From: Clostridiales bacterium
Lineage (GTDB): Bacteria; Bacillota; Clostridia; Christensenellales; Aristaeellaceae
Length of the DNA stretch: 64,000 nt
Direction: 5' to 3'
Assembly: GCA_004556395.1 (NCBI GenBank)
Contig: SFHK01000012.1
Coordinates: forward strand, 5,299 to 69,298
Part shown: positions 62,802 to 64,000 of the stretch, piece after piece
How positions within the stretch are numbered: position 1 is the first letter of the stretch
Layout of the letters: each line of letters opens with the position of its first letter
Notes under the pieces: model-generated
The model's input: the letters and a program-made list of their open reading frames with translations, nothing else
Databases searched by the model: none
What the model was told of the DNA's origin: nothing
Translations under genes and position numbers: made by a program

Positions 62802-63835
62802 AGAAGCTTTCCATGACGCGCCTGACCGAGGCCTTCGATCGCATCTCTGCCGCGCAGAAGCTGTACCTGCCCATCGAGAAGGCCGAGCAGGTCAATTTTG
62901 ACGAGTACGCGCCCGGCGCAAACGTGCGTCTGGACGTAACCAAGACCGTGAAGTCCGCCAAGGACGCGTTCTTCCCGCAGTGCGAGGATTTCGCGCACTT
63001 CCACATGGACGGCAAGTCCATCAATGTGAAGCCCGTCGCGCCCGAAAGCGAGCCCTTCACCGTGTTCGGCGTTCGCGCCTGCGACGCGCGCAGCTTCAAG
63101 GGCGTGCTCGATCTGGTCTTCCTGTCCGATCCGCTCGATCCCTACTACGCCGCGCGCCGTGAGCACGGCACGCTCGTGGTGCTGGCCTGCGGCAACCCCG
63201 AGGAAAGCTGCTTCTGCCAGACCTTCGGCGTAAATCCCGCTGAAAGCGCCGACGGCGACGCCAACGCGTGGATCGTGGGCGACACCATGTACCTGAAGGC
63301 CGTCACCGAAAAGGGCGAAAAGCTGCTGGCTCTGTTGGGCGACCTGCTTTCCGACGCGGACGACCAGCCCGTGGAAGCGGAAAAGGCGCGCATCCATGAG
63401 GAAATGGCGAAGCTGCCGCTGGCCGATCTTTCCGTGGAATCCCTGAAGGACGGCGCCATGATGGAAGAGTTCAACTCTCCCCGCTGGAAGGATCTCTCCG
63501 CCGCCTGCCTGGGCTGCGGCTCCTGCACGTTCGTCTGCCCCACCTGCCAGTGCTACGACATCCGCGATTTCAACACCGGTCACGGCGTGCAGCGCTACCG
63601 CTGCTGGGACAGCTGCATGTATTCCGACTTCACGCTGATGGCGCACGGCAGCAACCGTCCGACCCAGCTGGAGCGCTTCCGTCAGCGCTTCATGCACAAG
63701 CTGGTCTACTTCCCCATGAACAACGACGGCGTTTTCTCCTGCGTCGGCTGCGGCCGCTGCGTGGAAAAGTGCCCGATTCACATGAATATCGTCAAGGTCA
63801 TCAAGGCGCTGGGAGGAAAGAAACATGTCGATTGA
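62798..63835 (+). CDS. Fe-S protein, FlxB-like (AsrA / sulfhydrogenase subunit beta family)
   Basis: 345 aa. CLGCGSCTFVCPTCQCYD and CVGCGRCVEKCP motifs and the RFRQRFMHK block typical of AsrA/HydB-like proteins. 4-nt overlap upstream. Confidence 0.75.
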   Translation: MKKLSMTRLTEAFDRISAAQKLYLPIEKAEQVNFDEYAPGANVRLDVTKTVKSAKDAFFPQCEDFAHFHMDGKSINVKPVAPESEPFTVFGVRACDARSFKGVLDLVFLSDPLDPYYAARREHGTLVVLACGNPEESCFCQTFGVNPAESADGDANAWIVGDTMYLKAVTEKGEKLLALLGDLLSDADDQPVEAEKARIHEEMAKLPLADLSVESLKDGAMMEEFNSPRWKDLSAACLGCGSCTFVCPTCQCYDIRDFNTGHGVQRYRCWDSCMYSDFTLMAHGSNRPTQLERFRQRFMHKLVYFPMNNDGVFSCVGCGRCVEKCPIHMNIVKVIKALGGKKHVD

Positions 63836-64000
63836 GAATCTGGTTCCCCAGCTCGGCGTGGTCACGGCCATCCGCACCGACACGCCCGACATCAAAACCT
63901 TCCGCGTGAACGCGCTCGGCGGCGGCAAGGTGTTTGAGCACAAGCCCGGCCAGTGCGCCATGCTCTCCATCCCCGGCGTGGGTGAAGCGATGTTCTCCAT
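63825..64000 (+). CDS. FAD/NAD(P)-binding oxidoreductase, FlxA-like (AsrB / sulfhydrogenase gamma family), N-terminal fragment cut by window end
   Basis: ATG 63825 follows GGGAGGAAAG. MSIENLVPQLGVVTAIRTDTPDIKTFRVNALGGGKVFEHKPGQCAMLSIPGVGEAMFS is the ferredoxin-reductase-type FAD-binding beta-barrel start (PGQ..ML). Confidence 0.65.
   Translation, partial: MSIENLVPQLGVVTAIRTDTPDIKTFRVNALGGGKVFEHKPGQCAMLSIPGVGEAMFS

Noticed and set aside
1-64000. CRISPR arrays, transposases/IS elements, integrases, prophage genes, restriction-modification or other recognisable defence systems
   Set aside because: - No regularly spaced direct repeats were seen.
- No DDE, serine or tyrosine recombinase motifs were seen.
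- No phage structural genes were seen.
- The only methyltransferase (29752-30372) is a small-molecule-type class I enzyme without DNA MTase motifs.

Overview
This is a high-GC, gene-dense chromosomal segment. Its gene content looks like a spore-forming, anaerobic Clostridia genome (Oscillospiraceae/Ruminococcaceae-like). That assignment is an inference from the alpha/beta SASPs, [FeFe] hydrogenases, Hdr/Flx genes and the rpmB / asp23-yloV-recG synteny. About 62 protein genes, 4 tRNAs, one T-box leader and one lysine riboswitch can be supported.

Main blocks, in order:
- a GH88-like hydrolase;
- an XRE-TPR regulator coupled to an ABC exporter;
- an Opp-type peptide ABC transporter with atypical permeases;
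- two convergent ECF sigma/anti-sigma modules;
- rpmB / asp23-yloV(fakA-like)-recG;
- two SASP genes;
- a T-box-controlled hisS-aspS operon;
- a decayed PadR remnant;
- a 943-aa orphan enzyme-like protein;
- a SecB-like protein with an MFS transporter;
- a Zn-type ABC transporter flanked by two Cys-motif proteins;
- an L-box-controlled amino-acid ABC transporter;
- a tandem-OB SSB-like protein;
- a D-aminoacylase;
- a Lys/Gly tRNA array;
- assorted metabolic genes.

The window ends in a redox island. It holds an hfs-like sensory/catalytic [FeFe]-hydrogenase operon headed by a kinase-fold gene, then a LysR regulator. Divergent from LysR is an apparent 9-gene operon: an LDH-like dehydrogenase with Arg at the substrate-selectivity position, fumC, hdrBCA, mvhD/flxD and three Flx-like Fe-S/flavoprotein genes. 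The last gene is cut by the window edge.

I saw no transposase, integrase, CRISPR array or recognisable defence system. The best candidate for undescribed biology is the physical coupling of C4-dicarboxylate enzymes to the Flx-Hdr-type complex.

All product calls rest on motif and architecture recognition by eye. No database search was run. Many long ORFs in the track are antisense shadow ORFs typical of high-GC DNA and were discarded.
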